Of a stretch of 64,000 nt of DNA, positions 1 through 9,149 are shown piece by piece. This DNA comes from Propionibacteriales bacterium (lineage in GTDB: Bacteria; Actinomycetota; Actinomycetes; Propionibacteriales; Propionibacteriaceae): NCBI GenBank assembly GCA_038317635.1, contig JBBQBP010000001.1, forward strand, positions 207,957 to 271,956, read 5' to 3'. The stretch's first letter is position 1; every line of letters starts with the position of its first letter. The notes under the pieces are model-generated. The model was not told the origin of the DNA. It saw only the letters and a list, made by a program, of their open reading frames with translations, and did not search any database. The translations under genes and the position numbers were made by a program.

Positions 1-1013
1 TTCTGGAAGGCGACCACCGCCGCCTTGGTCTTGGGGCCGAAGTCCCCGTCGACCGTCAGGCTGTAGCCCCAGGCATTGAGGTGTGTCTGAACCTCCTTCA
101 CGCAGATTCCCGTCATCCCGCTCTTGACGATCGACGGGCAGGTGCCGTGAGGCAGCTGGGTGAGCGGTGACACGAGCTTCGCGATCTGCTTGGTGCCGCT
201 GCTGTTGGGGTGCCCGGCCTTGGCGCTGCCCCCGACCACCGGGAACAGCCAAGCCGTTGCAGTGTCACCATCGGCATGACCGAGAAAACTTGGCAGGAGG
301 CTGACGAACTTGACGTTGAAGGACGTGGTGCGGAGTGCCTCGACGGCAGTCCGCTCTGCCGTGTTGTAGTCGAGGGCGAGGTCCTTCAGCAGGCTGTAGG
401 TGCTCGAGAAGAAGAACGCGCTCGGCCCGATCAACGGGGCATATCCGGTCACCAGGACCTGCGCGTTCGGCACCCGGTTCCGGATCTTCTCCAACACATC
501 CGTCAGGCCCTTCAGTGCGGCTCGCATCTTGTTGTCCCGCGCATCTTTGACCGCAACCTGGCAGCTGGGGAGTCCGTGGATGGCGCACGTCGACAGGATG
601 TCCACGAACTTCAGGTTGTTGCCGGAGATGCTCAGGAACACGTGCGTGGTCGACGTGCTCATCTGACCGATCTGCGGCGCGTGCCCCTTGTACGAGGTGT
701 TGATGAGATCGGAGGTCACTGCGCCGCTGCAGGACAGGTTCTGAACAGTGGCCGTGCCGTTCCGCTCGGCGTTCTTGACGGTACCCACCCCGGGCAGGAC
801 GACCTGATAGGCCCACCCGATGGACGACTGATGGCAACCATCGGTCTCGCTGGCGGTGAAGTATGGGCTGTTTCCTTCGCCCGACGCCCACGAGTCGCCG
901 AGGACGGCGATCTTGTACTTGATGGTGGCTGCCTGGGCCTGTTGCGCGGGGAGCACGGCCAACGAGATGGCGCCGGCGACCACCGCTATGACGAGGGGAC
1001 GGAGGAACTTCAT
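1..1013 (-). CDS. Secreted SGNH/GDSL-family hydrolase with a C-terminal peptidoglycan-binding (PG_binding_1-like) domain. The C-terminus runs beyond the window start (partial).
   Basis: Manual minus-strand translation from ATG about 1011-1013. Signal peptide MKFLRPLVIAVVAGAISLAVLPAQQAQAA. SGNH blocks GDSWASGEG, SCSGA, GYAPL and GHPNSSG. C-terminal LTVDGDFGPKTKAAVVAFQ is typical of PG-binding repeats. Absent from the ORF track because there is no stop inside the window. Confidence 0.7.
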   Translation of the reverse strand, partial: MKFLRPLVIAVVAGAISLAVLPAQQAQAATIKYKIAVLGDSWASGEGNSPYFTASETDGCHQSSIGWAYQVVLPGVGTVKNAERNGTATVQNLSCSGAVTSDLINTSYKGHAPQIGQMSTSTTHVFLSISGNNLKFVDILSTCAIHGLPSCQVAVKDARDNKMRAALKGLTDVLEKIRNRVPNAQVLVTGYAPLIGPSAFFFSSTYSLLKDLALDYNTAERTAVEALRTTSFNVKFVSLLPSFLGHADGDTATAWLFPVVGGSAKAGHPNSSGTKQIAKLVSPLTQLPHGTCPSIVKSGMTGICVKEVQTHLNAWGYSLTVDGDFGPKTKAAVVAFQ

Positions 1014-1190
1014 CCACGAGACGTTGAGCATCACTGCCTCTTTCGTGTCGAGGCGAGAGGTGGAGACCTCACCTATCGCGCGACGAGGGGAGCCCGTCGT
1101 GGCTCGCACGCTAACGACGGCCGCATGGGCGAACGGCGGTTTCGCGCGATAGGGGACGCGGTTGTCTCGCTACGAACGGGGGGGTGCGCG

Positions 1191-1991
1191 TCACGGCTGT
1201 ACGTCGTCGAGGCGGGTCGCAGCGCGCCTCTCGATCCAGACGTCGACCGTTGCACCATCCTTCTCCCAGTCGATCGCCGACCCGAGTATCGCCACCAGAG
1301 CGTCACCGAGCGCTCCCGCCATCGCTGCGTTGTCCCGGGCGGTCTCGGACACGCCCACCCGGTGGCTCATAACCATGCCGTCGATGAGCATCTGGACGAT
1401 GACGATCAGGCCGTCGATGGTCCAGCCGGGCCGGAGTACGAGGCCGGCGCCGTCGAGGACCGCTTCGTACGCCGCGTGCCACGTCTCACGCTCCTGGGCA
1501 CTCGCCTCGATGACCACGTGGGCTGTCTCCGGGTCGTGGTGCACCATCACCGCGGCATGCGACAGGAGGGAGGCCCGCGGGTCGTTGAGCAACCCGGCGC
1601 CGATGCCCCAGGCCACCCCCCGTACCCGCATGGGCAGCGGCAGGCTGGTGTCCGTCAGATATGCCTGCAGCAGCGCGATGTCGGCCAACGGCTTGCCGTC
1701 GCGATCGCGGTAGAGCAGCGTGTGGATGAAGCAGTCGCGGATGTAGTCGTCCTTGGTGGGCCAGCGGTTGTAGAAGGCCTTGCGCCCGGCCGCGGCGGAC
1801 CCGCCGACGATCCGCAGTACGTCCTCGATCCGTATCCACTCGAGGGGCGCCGGGTAGTGCAACTGCCGTAGCCGTGGCGGGAGCGGGCTCGAAGGATCGG
1901 CCTGCAGCATCGCGTCGATGAGTGCGGCCCCGGCGTCCAGGAACGCGGCTGCTGTCGGGTCGTCCTTGTGAGGTACGGGACGCGGACTCAT
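1191..1991 (-). CDS. Hypothetical protein, possibly a TetR-like regulator (weak HTH-like N-terminal segment)
   Basis: 266-aa ORF with compact gene spacing. N-terminal segment IEDVLRIVGGSAAAGRKAFYNRWPTKDDYIRD resembles a TetR HTH. No other recognisable motif. Confidence 0.45.
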   Translation of the reverse strand: MSPRPVPHKDDPTAAAFLDAGAALIDAMLQADPSSPLPPRLRQLHYPAPLEWIRIEDVLRIVGGSAAAGRKAFYNRWPTKDDYIRDCFIHTLLYRDRDGKPLADIALLQAYLTDTSLPLPMRVRGVAWGIGAGLLNDPRASLLSHAAVMVHHDPETAHVVIEASAQERETWHAAYEAVLDGAGLVLRPGWTIDGLIVIVQMLIDGMVMSHRVGVSETARDNAAMAGALGDALVAILGSAIDWEKDGATVDVWIERRAATRLDDVQP

Positions 1992-2021
1992 GATGGCTCC
2001 CGAGTGGGGTGTCCCCGGCGC

Positions 2022-2945
2022 TCAGCCAGGGGTGACGGCGACGATGTTCTCCGGCTCCTCGCCGGCGAGGAGGTGCTCGAGCTGGCGCCGTACGAGCGCG
2101 GCCACCCTCGGGTACGTGGCGTTGGTGTTCCCGCCCTGATGCGCGGTGATGATCGTGTTCGGCGCGTGCCACAACGGGTGGTCGCTGGGCAGCGGCTCGG
2201 GGTCGGTCACGTCGAGGCCGGCGCGCAGCCGGCCCGACTGGAGCTCGGTCAGCAGCGCGTCCGTGTCCACCACCGCGCCGCGCGCGACGTTGACCACCAG
2301 CGCACCGTCGGGGAGGGCGGCGAGGGTCGTCGCGTCGAGGAGGTGGTGGGTGGTCTCGGACCACGGCACCGTCACCACGACGATGTCGGCCTGTCGCAGC
2401 AGCGGTACGAGCTCGTCGATGCCGTGGACGCCGTCACGGGCTGTACGGGCGACCTGCGTGATCTCGACCTCGAACGGAAGCAGGCGATCGACGACCGCCT
2501 GCGCCACCGAGCCGGCACCGACGACCAGAACGCGGCGGTCGGCCAACGATGAAAGCTCCGGGTTGTCCCAGCGGGCCTCGCGTTGCGCGGCCATCGCGTC
2601 GAGGAGCCCCCGTTGCGACGCGAGGATCAACGCCAGCGCCAGCTCCGACGTACCGGCTGAGTGCACACCGCGTCCGTTGCACAGTGTGGTGCCCGGCGGG
2701 ATCCGCGGGATCGCGTGCTCGAAACCGGCCGACGGCAACATGACGTACTCGAGGTTTGGCACCTGGTACAGACGCCCCCACCGATCGGGCGCGCCCCAGT
2801 AGTGGCCGATCTGCACGACCCGTACGCGCTGGGCGACGTCGGGCGGCAACGGACTGAGCAGGTCCCACAGCACGAGCTCCACACGGTCGCTCATGTCGCT
2901 CAGTCGGTCCAGCAGTTCCTGGTCGGGCACGGTCACCGTCAGCAC
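2022..2945 (-). CDS. D-isomer-specific 2-hydroxyacid dehydrogenase family protein (NAD-binding)
   Basis: Rossmann motif VLVVGAGSVAQAVVDRL. Conserved catalytic region ITAHQGGNT with a His. Typical length of 307 aa. Confidence 0.85.
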   Translation of the reverse strand: MLTVTVPDQELLDRLSDMSDRVELVLWDLLSPLPPDVAQRVRVVQIGHYWGAPDRWGRLYQVPNLEYVMLPSAGFEHAIPRIPPGTTLCNGRGVHSAGTSELALALILASQRGLLDAMAAQREARWDNPELSSLADRRVLVVGAGSVAQAVVDRLLPFEVEITQVARTARDGVHGIDELVPLLRQADIVVVTVPWSETTHHLLDATTLAALPDGALVVNVARGAVVDTDALLTELQSGRLRAGLDVTDPEPLPSDHPLWHAPNTIITAHQGGNTNATYPRVAALVRRQLEHLLAGEEPENIVAVTPG

Positions 2946-3030
2946 GGCACCGAGTGTCCCACTAACGAGGGGACTGGACCTCCAGAACGGCAGGTACTGG
3001 CACTGCTACGCCTGAGCGCTCAGACGGGCG

Positions 3031-3531
3031 TCACCACCCGGAGGTGCCGGGATAGCCCTTGAACGGACCCACGACCTCTGGGGTGATCCAGCCGCCATAG
3101 AAGCTGCCGGGCTGCGGTACCACGCGCTCGTCGTCGACGTAGCAGGCGTCAACCATCCCCGCGTACAGAGCGATGTGATCGTTCAGCATCGCGAATCCTG
3201 GCATCGGCGCCGGGAAGAACCAGGCGGCGCGCGAAGCGACGGCCGACCGGGCGACGAGGTCCAGGTACGCGGCCACGCCTTTCCACTCGCAGACCGAGCG
3301 GCCGTCGGCCGGACGCAAGGAACCTGTGACGAAGGCGTTTCTGGGCAGGTAGTAGGTCGGAGGGTGGCTGGTCTCGAGCACCTGCCACGAGGACGACGTC
3401 CGGCAGATCTCCTCGCCGCCCAGCATGACCCTGATCACGCGGTCACAGCGACGTACGGAAGGTGGTCGTGGGTAGTCCCAGACCGACTCCTGCCCTGGTG
3501 CGACCGGTGCGGGAGCTGGACGAGGAGTCAT
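3031..3531 (-). CDS. DUF427-like domain protein
   Basis: 166-aa ORF. The VWDYPRPP/YYLP-type motifs are recalled from the DUF427 family. No overlap with neighbours. Confidence 0.55.
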   Translation of the reverse strand: MTPRPAPAPVAPGQESVWDYPRPPSVRRCDRVIRVMLGGEEICRTSSSWQVLETSHPPTYYLPRNAFVTGSLRPADGRSVCEWKGVAAYLDLVARSAVASRAAWFFPAPMPGFAMLNDHIALYAGMVDACYVDDERVVPQPGSFYGGWITPEVVGPFKGYPGTSGW

Positions 3532-3643
3532 ACCTCTGAGCCTAGGTCGGACGTCAAACGACCCTTGTCAGCGCGCACAACGAAGGGCGCCACTCTCGAC
3601 GAGGCGGACGCGGTCCACGTTCTCACAGCCCTATCATCAGCGC

Positions 3644-4273
3644 ATGCTCCCGAGCCTGCACGTGCTGTGGTCGTTCGGGCTTGTCGTAGCGCTGCTCACG
3701 ATCACGCCGGGCGTCGACACCGCGCTCGTGCTGCGGTCGGCCGCCGTCGCGGGACGGGCGCGGGCGTGGGGGGCGATCGCGGGCATCGGCTGCGGCACCC
3801 TGTCGTGGGGAGCGCTCACGGCCGTCGGAGTGAGCGCACTGCTGGCGGCGTCGCAGGTCGCGTACACGATCGTGCGCCTTGCTGGTGCCGCATATCTGAT
3901 CTACCTCGGGCTGAGGCTTCTCTGGTCGGCGATCCGAGGCCACGTGGGAACGGCGGCCATCACCACCGGTGCCGCCGACAGCTTCGGCGCCGGGTGGCGG
4001 CAGGGCCTGTTCACCAACCTTCTCAACCCGAAGGTCGGTGCCTTCTACCTCGCGATCCTGCCCCAGTTCATCCCCGTCGACGCGCCGCACCTGACGTGGG
4101 GGCTGGCGCTCGCCGCCGTACATGTCGGGGAAGGGATCATCTGGCTCGGCATGGTGCTCCTGCTGGCGCGCTCGCTGCGTACCTGGCTCGAGCGCCCTCG
4201 CGTCGTGCGCGGGATCGACGCGGTCGTGGGTACCGTCATCGCCGGCTTCGGGCTGAGGCTGGCACTCGACTGA
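3644..4273 (+). CDS. LysE/RhtB family amino-acid exporter
   Basis: 209-aa, six-TM hydrophobic profile. N-terminal ITPGVDTALVL and the NPKVGAFYLAILPQF motif are typical of LysE translocators. Confidence 0.85.
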   Translation: MLPSLHVLWSFGLVVALLTITPGVDTALVLRSAAVAGRARAWGAIAGIGCGTLSWGALTAVGVSALLAASQVAYTIVRLAGAAYLIYLGLRLLWSAIRGHVGTAAITTGAADSFGAGWRQGLFTNLLNPKVGAFYLAILPQFIPVDAPHLTWGLALAAVHVGEGIIWLGMVLLLARSLRTWLERPRVVRGIDAVVGTVIAGFGLRLALD

Positions 4274-4276
4274 TCG

Positions 4277-5224
4277 TCACCAGTGTGCTGGAAAGTCGTT
4301 CGGGTCGAGATCCGCGAGCTCGGAACCCAGATCGACGAGGAGCTCGACCGTACGGCGCGCGGCCGGATTCGCACGGACCGTCTCCTTCAACAGCGCAACG
4401 ATCCGGCGCTGCGGAGTCGGGTTGACCAGCTTCACGTAGCGCACGTCGAAACCGGACCACGACGCGACTAGGGCAGGGACGAGCGCCAGTCCGATCCCGG
4501 CGGCCACGAACGCCAGTCCGGTCACGTGGTCCTCGGCGCGGGCGACGTGGCGCGGCGTGATGCCGGCCGACGAGCAGGCGTGCTTGATGATCTCGGTCGA
4601 GATGTCGTCTCGGAAGTCGTACTCCACCCAGTCGTGCCCGCTGAGCTCGGAGAGGCTGATCACGTCGCGGTCGGCGAGCACATGGTCGGGGGGCAGTGCG
4701 ACGAGGTAGTCGTCCGCGCCGATGATCGTCCGCCGGTAGCCGGGTGGCACCCGGGGAGTCTCGGACGGGAACTCGCTGCGCACCTCGAGATCGACCGTGC
4801 CGGCGGTGCCCTCGGGGACGTCCACGATGGTCAGCTCGAGGGTCAGCCCTGGGAACTCCTGGCGGAGCGTACGGGTGACGCTCGGCATCCACGCGTACGC
4901 CGCGGATGCGAACGACCCGATGGTCAGACTGGTGGCCGTACCTTCTCGGAGATCGCGGACCGTCGCGCTGAGCTGCGTCATCGCTGCGAGCGCATCTGCG
5001 CTAGCCGCAGCGAGGTCGATAGCGGCTGGTGTGGGTACGATTCCGCGTCCGACTCGCTCGACGAGAGCGAAGCCGACCTCCTTCTCGAGGGTGTGGAGAT
5101 GCTGGCTGATGGTTGACGGACGGTAGCCGAGACGGCGTGCTGTCTCGCTCACCGAGCCGCTCGCGATGACGGCCCGGAGGATGCGCAGACGGTTGAGATC
5201 GAGCATGCATTCATCGTACGGCAC
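4277..5224 (-). CDS. LysR family transcriptional regulator (likely start at the downstream Met about 5206)
   Basis: N-terminal HTH LNRLRILRAVIASGSVSETARRLGYRPSTISQHLHTLE followed by a LysR substrate-binding domain. Convergent with the LysE exporter, 3-bp gap. Confidence 0.9.
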   Translation of the reverse strand: MPYDECMLDLNRLRILRAVIASGSVSETARRLGYRPSTISQHLHTLEKEVGFALVERVGRGIVPTPAAIDLAAASADALAAMTQLSATVRDLREGTATSLTIGSFASAAYAWMPSVTRTLRQEFPGLTLELTIVDVPEGTAGTVDLEVRSEFPSETPRVPPGYRRTIIGADDYLVALPPDHVLADRDVISLSELSGHDWVEYDFRDDISTEIIKHACSSAGITPRHVARAEDHVTGLAFVAAGIGLALVPALVASWSGFDVRYVKLVNPTPQRRIVALLKETVRANPAARRTVELLVDLGSELADLDPNDFPAHW

Positions 5225-5522
5225 AGCCGAATGAATGTTCGGTCATTGTTGCTTGTGGCGAACGCTTCGTGGAGTCAGAATTGAGGCATGTTCGGACAGC
5301 ACATTGTTGATCGTGATCGCCAGCGCCTGATCGCTGACCTCGACTACCTCCGTATGGAGGACCGTCCCCATCCCTCTCCGGAGCGCACGTCCGCATGGCG
5401 CCTGCTCCGCATCCCGACCGGCGGCACAGAGCACGTCGGCGCCGCGCTCGGGCGCCTCGCGTCCGTTCGCTGAAGCCACGGGAGTACTGCTCCCGTACCT
5501 GTCTCGAGGGGTCCCCTGACCG

Positions 5523-5546
5523 CGGGTGATGAGCGACCATCACCCG
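5523..5546. promoter_or_regulatory. Perfect inverted repeat CGGGTGATG-N6-CATCACCCG, 43 bp upstream of the alpha/beta hydrolase gene; candidate operator
   Basis: 9-bp arms read directly from the sequence. Lies in the divergent LysR/hydrolase intergenic region. Confidence 0.3.
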
Positions 5547-5588
5547 CCGGTGAGCGGCCCCTCGATCCATGTCCGCTGATCGAGAACA

Positions 5589-6896
5589 ATGGGGCTCATG
5601 ACACAGTCGTACGACATCACCGACTACTCGATCACCGACCATCAGGTCGATGTACCGGTGGACTGGCAGCAACCTGACCGGTTCTCCTCGATCAGCGTGT
5701 TCGTACGTGAGGTGGTCAAGCTCTCGAAGGTCGACGGGGGCCTCCCGCCACTGATCTTCCTGCAGGGCGGGCCCGGCGCCGGGTCGCCCCGGCCCCCGCG
5801 CCACCCGTGGATCGAGAAGGCGACCGACCACTACCGCGTCCTGCTGCTCGACCAGCGCGGCACGGGGAGGTCGACGCCGATCACCGGACGCTTCATCACC
5901 GACTTCATCGCGTCCCATGGCGGCGGCCTGGCCGGCACGAAGGCGGCCGCCGACTACGTCGCGTGCTTTCGTGCCGATGCCATCGCCGACGATGTCGCGC
6001 ATCTGTGTCACGTCCTCAACGGCGGTGTCCCCTGGACCACGCTGGGCCAGTCGTTCGGCGGATTCATCACGCTGTCCCTCCTCTCGCGTCACCCTGAGAC
6101 CGTCGCCCGGGCGATGACGACCGGCGGCATCATGGCCATCGACCGGACCGCTGACGACCTGTACGACGACCTCATCCCGTTGCAGATCGCGCGCCACGAC
6201 GAGTTCCGTACCCGCTTCCCGGAGGACCAGGCGCTGTTCGAGAGCCTCGCCGACCGCGCCGAAGCGGGCGAGCTGGTCACACTGGCGGGCGATGTCCTGA
6301 GCCCGCGACGGCTTCAGCTGCTCGGCGGCGACTTCGGCATGAGCACCGGCGTCGAGAACCTCCACTGGATGCTCGACCTGGCGCTGGAGCCCAGCGGCCA
6401 CGTCTCGCAGCGATTCATCGAGGCGGTGGCCCATCGGAGCGAGTACGTCGGCGAGCCGCTGTACTGGACGCTCCAGGAGGGCTGCTACCACCAGGGCCAT
6501 CGCGCGGGCGGCTGGGGAGCGTGGGACGCGCTGCAACGCCACCCGGAGTACGCCTCCACCGCGCGCCCCTTGCTGACGTTCGCCGAGTTCGCCCAGCCGT
6601 GGATGTTCACCGAGCTTCCTGCGCTCCGGCCGTTCGCTGGCGTCGCGGAGGAGCTGGCCGGCGAGCGCACCTGGCCCGAGCTCTGGGACGCCGACCGGCT
6701 CGCGGACAACGCCGTACCGCTCGCGGCGGCTCAGTACACCCGCGACCCGTACGTCGGGATCGAGGGAGCCAAGCGCAGCCTGGCCCGCATCGGCAGCTCT
6801 CAGCTCTGGGAGACCGACGACTACCTCCACGACGGACTGCGGCTCCACGGCGACAAGATCGTCCCCGAGCTGATGCGCATGCTGGGTGTTCTCTAG
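5589..6896 (+). CDS. Alpha/beta hydrolase, S33 prolyl-aminopeptidase-like
   Basis: Nucleophile elbow GQSFGG. HGG-like oxyanion region LQGGPGAG. Length 435 aa. Confidence 0.85.
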   Translation: MGLMTQSYDITDYSITDHQVDVPVDWQQPDRFSSISVFVREVVKLSKVDGGLPPLIFLQGGPGAGSPRPPRHPWIEKATDHYRVLLLDQRGTGRSTPITGRFITDFIASHGGGLAGTKAAADYVACFRADAIADDVAHLCHVLNGGVPWTTLGQSFGGFITLSLLSRHPETVARAMTTGGIMAIDRTADDLYDDLIPLQIARHDEFRTRFPEDQALFESLADRAEAGELVTLAGDVLSPRRLQLLGGDFGMSTGVENLHWMLDLALEPSGHVSQRFIEAVAHRSEYVGEPLYWTLQEGCYHQGHRAGGWGAWDALQRHPEYASTARPLLTFAEFAQPWMFTELPALRPFAGVAEELAGERTWPELWDADRLADNAVPLAAAQYTRDPYVGIEGAKRSLARIGSSQLWETDDYLHDGLRLHGDKIVPELMRMLGVL

Positions 6897-6920
6897 TCGC
6901 TCTGCGTGGTCAGCGTCGGG

Positions 6921-8378
6921 CTACGCGCTCACGACCCCAGCCGGGGCACGGTGAGCCGCGGCAGCGGCGGCCAGCACCTGTTTGCGCCCCGGGAGCCATG
7001 CGCACAGAACCGTCGCGACGAGGGAGAAACCCGTCGCCCACCAGAATGCGACGTGGAATGCCGACACCAGCGCGGCGGTTCCGGTGCCGGACAGCGACTG
7101 CTCGAGGATGACGGCCAGCACCGCGGTGCCGAAAGACCCACCGATCTGCTGCGCAGTACGGGTCAGGACGCTGGAGTGTGCGATCTGGGCGCGGTCGAGG
7201 CCGACGTACGAGGCGGTCATCACCGGCATGGTGACGGCGCCGAGTCCGATGCCGCGGATCAGCAGCCACAGGGCGAGGAGCCAGCTGTTGCTCGTCGCGT
7301 CGACGTATGCGAACGGCAGTGTGGCGCCTGCGACGATGACGAACCCGACCGCGGCGATCGAGCGAGATCCGATCCGGTCGGTGAGTGGTCCGGCGATCTG
7401 GCGGCTGATCAGCGTCCCCAGCCCCTGCGGTACGAGCATGAGGCCGGCGGCCAGCGCCGTGACACCGCGAACCTCCTGGTAGTACAGCGGCAGCAGGAGC
7501 ATCGCCCCGAACAGCGAGAAGCCCGAGAGGAACAACACCGAGGAAGAGGAGGAGACCGAGCGCGTGGTGAGCAGCCGGATGTCGACGAGCGGGTCGCTGC
7601 GACGCAGCGCGTACAGCGTGAAGGCGACGAGGCAGGCGACGCCTACAGCCAGTGGCGCGATGGCATCGACGTGCCCGAAGCCGTGCTCCGTACCGGCGTT
7701 CGACAGCCCGAGGATCAGTGCCGCGATCCCGGGCCCGAGCAGTACGAGCCCCAGCACGTCGAGCCGGGGCCGGGCGGCTGAGGCTGCAGGCGCGTCCTTC
7801 GCGAGGTACAGACCGGCCAGGATCAGGCCCACGACGCAGAACGGCACGTTGACCCAGAACATGTACCGCCAGCTGAGGTTGGTGATGATCGCGCCGCCGA
7901 CGAGTGGCCCGAGGATCGGCCCGAGCAGCGCGGGGAGAGAGACCCAGGCGGCTGTACGGCCGAGCTGCCGGCCCCCCGCCGCCTGCATGACGAGCGTCAG
8001 CATCACCGGCAGCATGAGCCCACCACCGAGCCCCTGCACGACTCGCCAGCAGATCAGCGAGCCTGCGTCCCAGGCGAGGCTCGATGCGATCGAGCCGACG
8101 AGGAACACCGTCAGCGCGAACATCCAGACCCGTTTGCCTCCGAAGCGCGCCAGGGCCCAGGTGCTGAGCGGCACCGTCACGCCGAGGGCAAGCATGTAGC
8201 CGGTGGTCACCCACTGGATCGTCGACACCGATACGTGGAGGCTCGTCGCCAGCTGATGCAGCGCGACGCTGACGATCGTCGTGTCGAACACGACCGCCAG
8301 GCCTCCGACGATCAGGATCATCGCGGTCTTGAGCACATGCGGGTCGAGCTTGTCCTTCACCACTGCGGCCGCGGGCAT
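6921..8378 (-). CDS. MFS transporter, DHA2 (EmrB/QacA) family, 14-TM type
   Basis: 485 aa. N-terminus ILIVGGLAVVFDTTIVSVALHQLATSLH. Multiple MFS motifs. Hydrophobic throughout. Confidence 0.9.
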   Translation of the reverse strand: MPAAAVVKDKLDPHVLKTAMILIVGGLAVVFDTTIVSVALHQLATSLHVSVSTIQWVTTGYMLALGVTVPLSTWALARFGGKRVWMFALTVFLVGSIASSLAWDAGSLICWRVVQGLGGGLMLPVMLTLVMQAAGGRQLGRTAAWVSLPALLGPILGPLVGGAIITNLSWRYMFWVNVPFCVVGLILAGLYLAKDAPAASAARPRLDVLGLVLLGPGIAALILGLSNAGTEHGFGHVDAIAPLAVGVACLVAFTLYALRRSDPLVDIRLLTTRSVSSSSSVLFLSGFSLFGAMLLLPLYYQEVRGVTALAAGLMLVPQGLGTLISRQIAGPLTDRIGSRSIAAVGFVIVAGATLPFAYVDATSNSWLLALWLLIRGIGLGAVTMPVMTASYVGLDRAQIAHSSVLTRTAQQIGGSFGTAVLAVILEQSLSGTGTAALVSAFHVAFWWATGFSLVATVLCAWLPGRKQVLAAAAAAHRAPAGVVSA

Positions 8379-8465
8379 CGTACCTCTAATAAGAGTTGAA
8401 TTGCTTCCTTAAATCGAGGGTAGGCGTGATAGCCAAAGAATGCAAGTCTCTCTTATTCTGTATGC

Positions 8466-9149
8466 ATGACGACCAGCCAGATCGTGTCCAGCGAGACGCT
8501 CGACGGGATGAAGCGGCGACGCCGGGGGGCGGCGCTCGAGGACGCGCTGCTGGCTGCGGCATGGGACGAGCTGAAAGAGGTGGGCTTCGCCAAGCTGACG
8601 ATGGAGTCGGTGGCGAACCGTGCCAAGACCGGCGTCGCTGTGCTCTATCGCCGCTGGTCGAACAAGAGTGACCTCGTGCTCGCAGCCATCAGGCACTACA
8701 GCCAGACGCACATGTTCGCGGTTCCTGACACGGGCAACCTCCGCGACGACCTCGTGGCGCTGCTCACCAACTTCAACCTTGGACGGACCGAGTTCGTGGC
8801 GCTCCTGGGCGCCACCTTCGCTGGCCTTCAGGACAGCGTGGGGCTCACCATCGAAGACGTACGCAACGTCGTCCGCGGCGACGGGCCGCGCGTCTCGGAC
8901 GAGGTGTACCGCCGGGCTCACGACCGCGGCGAGATCGACCTCGCGCGGGTCACGCAGGACGTGCTCGACCTGCCGTTCCAGCTCGTGCGCCACGACGTCC
9001 TCATGACCCTGCAACCCGTACCGCCCGAGAGGATCCGGTCGATCGTCGATGACATCTTCTGGCCGCTCGCCACGCAGCGGAGGGCGGCCGCAAGCCCCTC
9101 GGAGCGGCCCGCCTCTAGGAGGCCGGCCTCTGTGCCCGCGTGGGGCTGA
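8466..9149 (+). CDS. TetR family transcriptional regulator (divergent partner of the DHA2 transporter)
   Basis: HTH LTMESVANRAKTGVAVLYRRWSNKSDL. Divergent 87-bp AT-rich intergenic region shared with the MFS gene. Confidence 0.9.
   Translation: MTTSQIVSSETLDGMKRRRRGAALEDALLAAAWDELKEVGFAKLTMESVANRAKTGVAVLYRRWSNKSDLVLAAIRHYSQTHMFAVPDTGNLRDDLVALLTNFNLGRTEFVALLGATFAGLQDSVGLTIEDVRNVVRGDGPRVSDEVYRRAHDRGEIDLARVTQDVLDLPFQLVRHDVLMTLQPVPPERIRSIVDDIFWPLATQRRAAASPSERPASRRPASVPAWG

Noticed and set aside
1014-1190. ydaO/c-di-AMP riboswitch in the leader of the SGNH/PG-binding hydrolase
   Set aside because: The only GGGGAGCC-like block is on the plus strand, antisense to the gene. The other conserved blocks were not found by eye. 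Left for Infernal to decide.
5211-6848. 545-aa ORF antisense to the alpha/beta hydrolase gene
   Set aside because: Arg/Ala/Gly-rich shadow frame typical of 70% GC DNA. It fully overlaps a motif-bearing gene on the other strand.
6906-8214. ORFs 6910-8214 (-), 6906-7781 (+) and 6982-7482 (+) overlapping the DHA2 transporter
   Set aside because: Shadow and alternative-frame ORFs. Only the 6921-8378 frame encodes a coherent 14-TM MFS protein.
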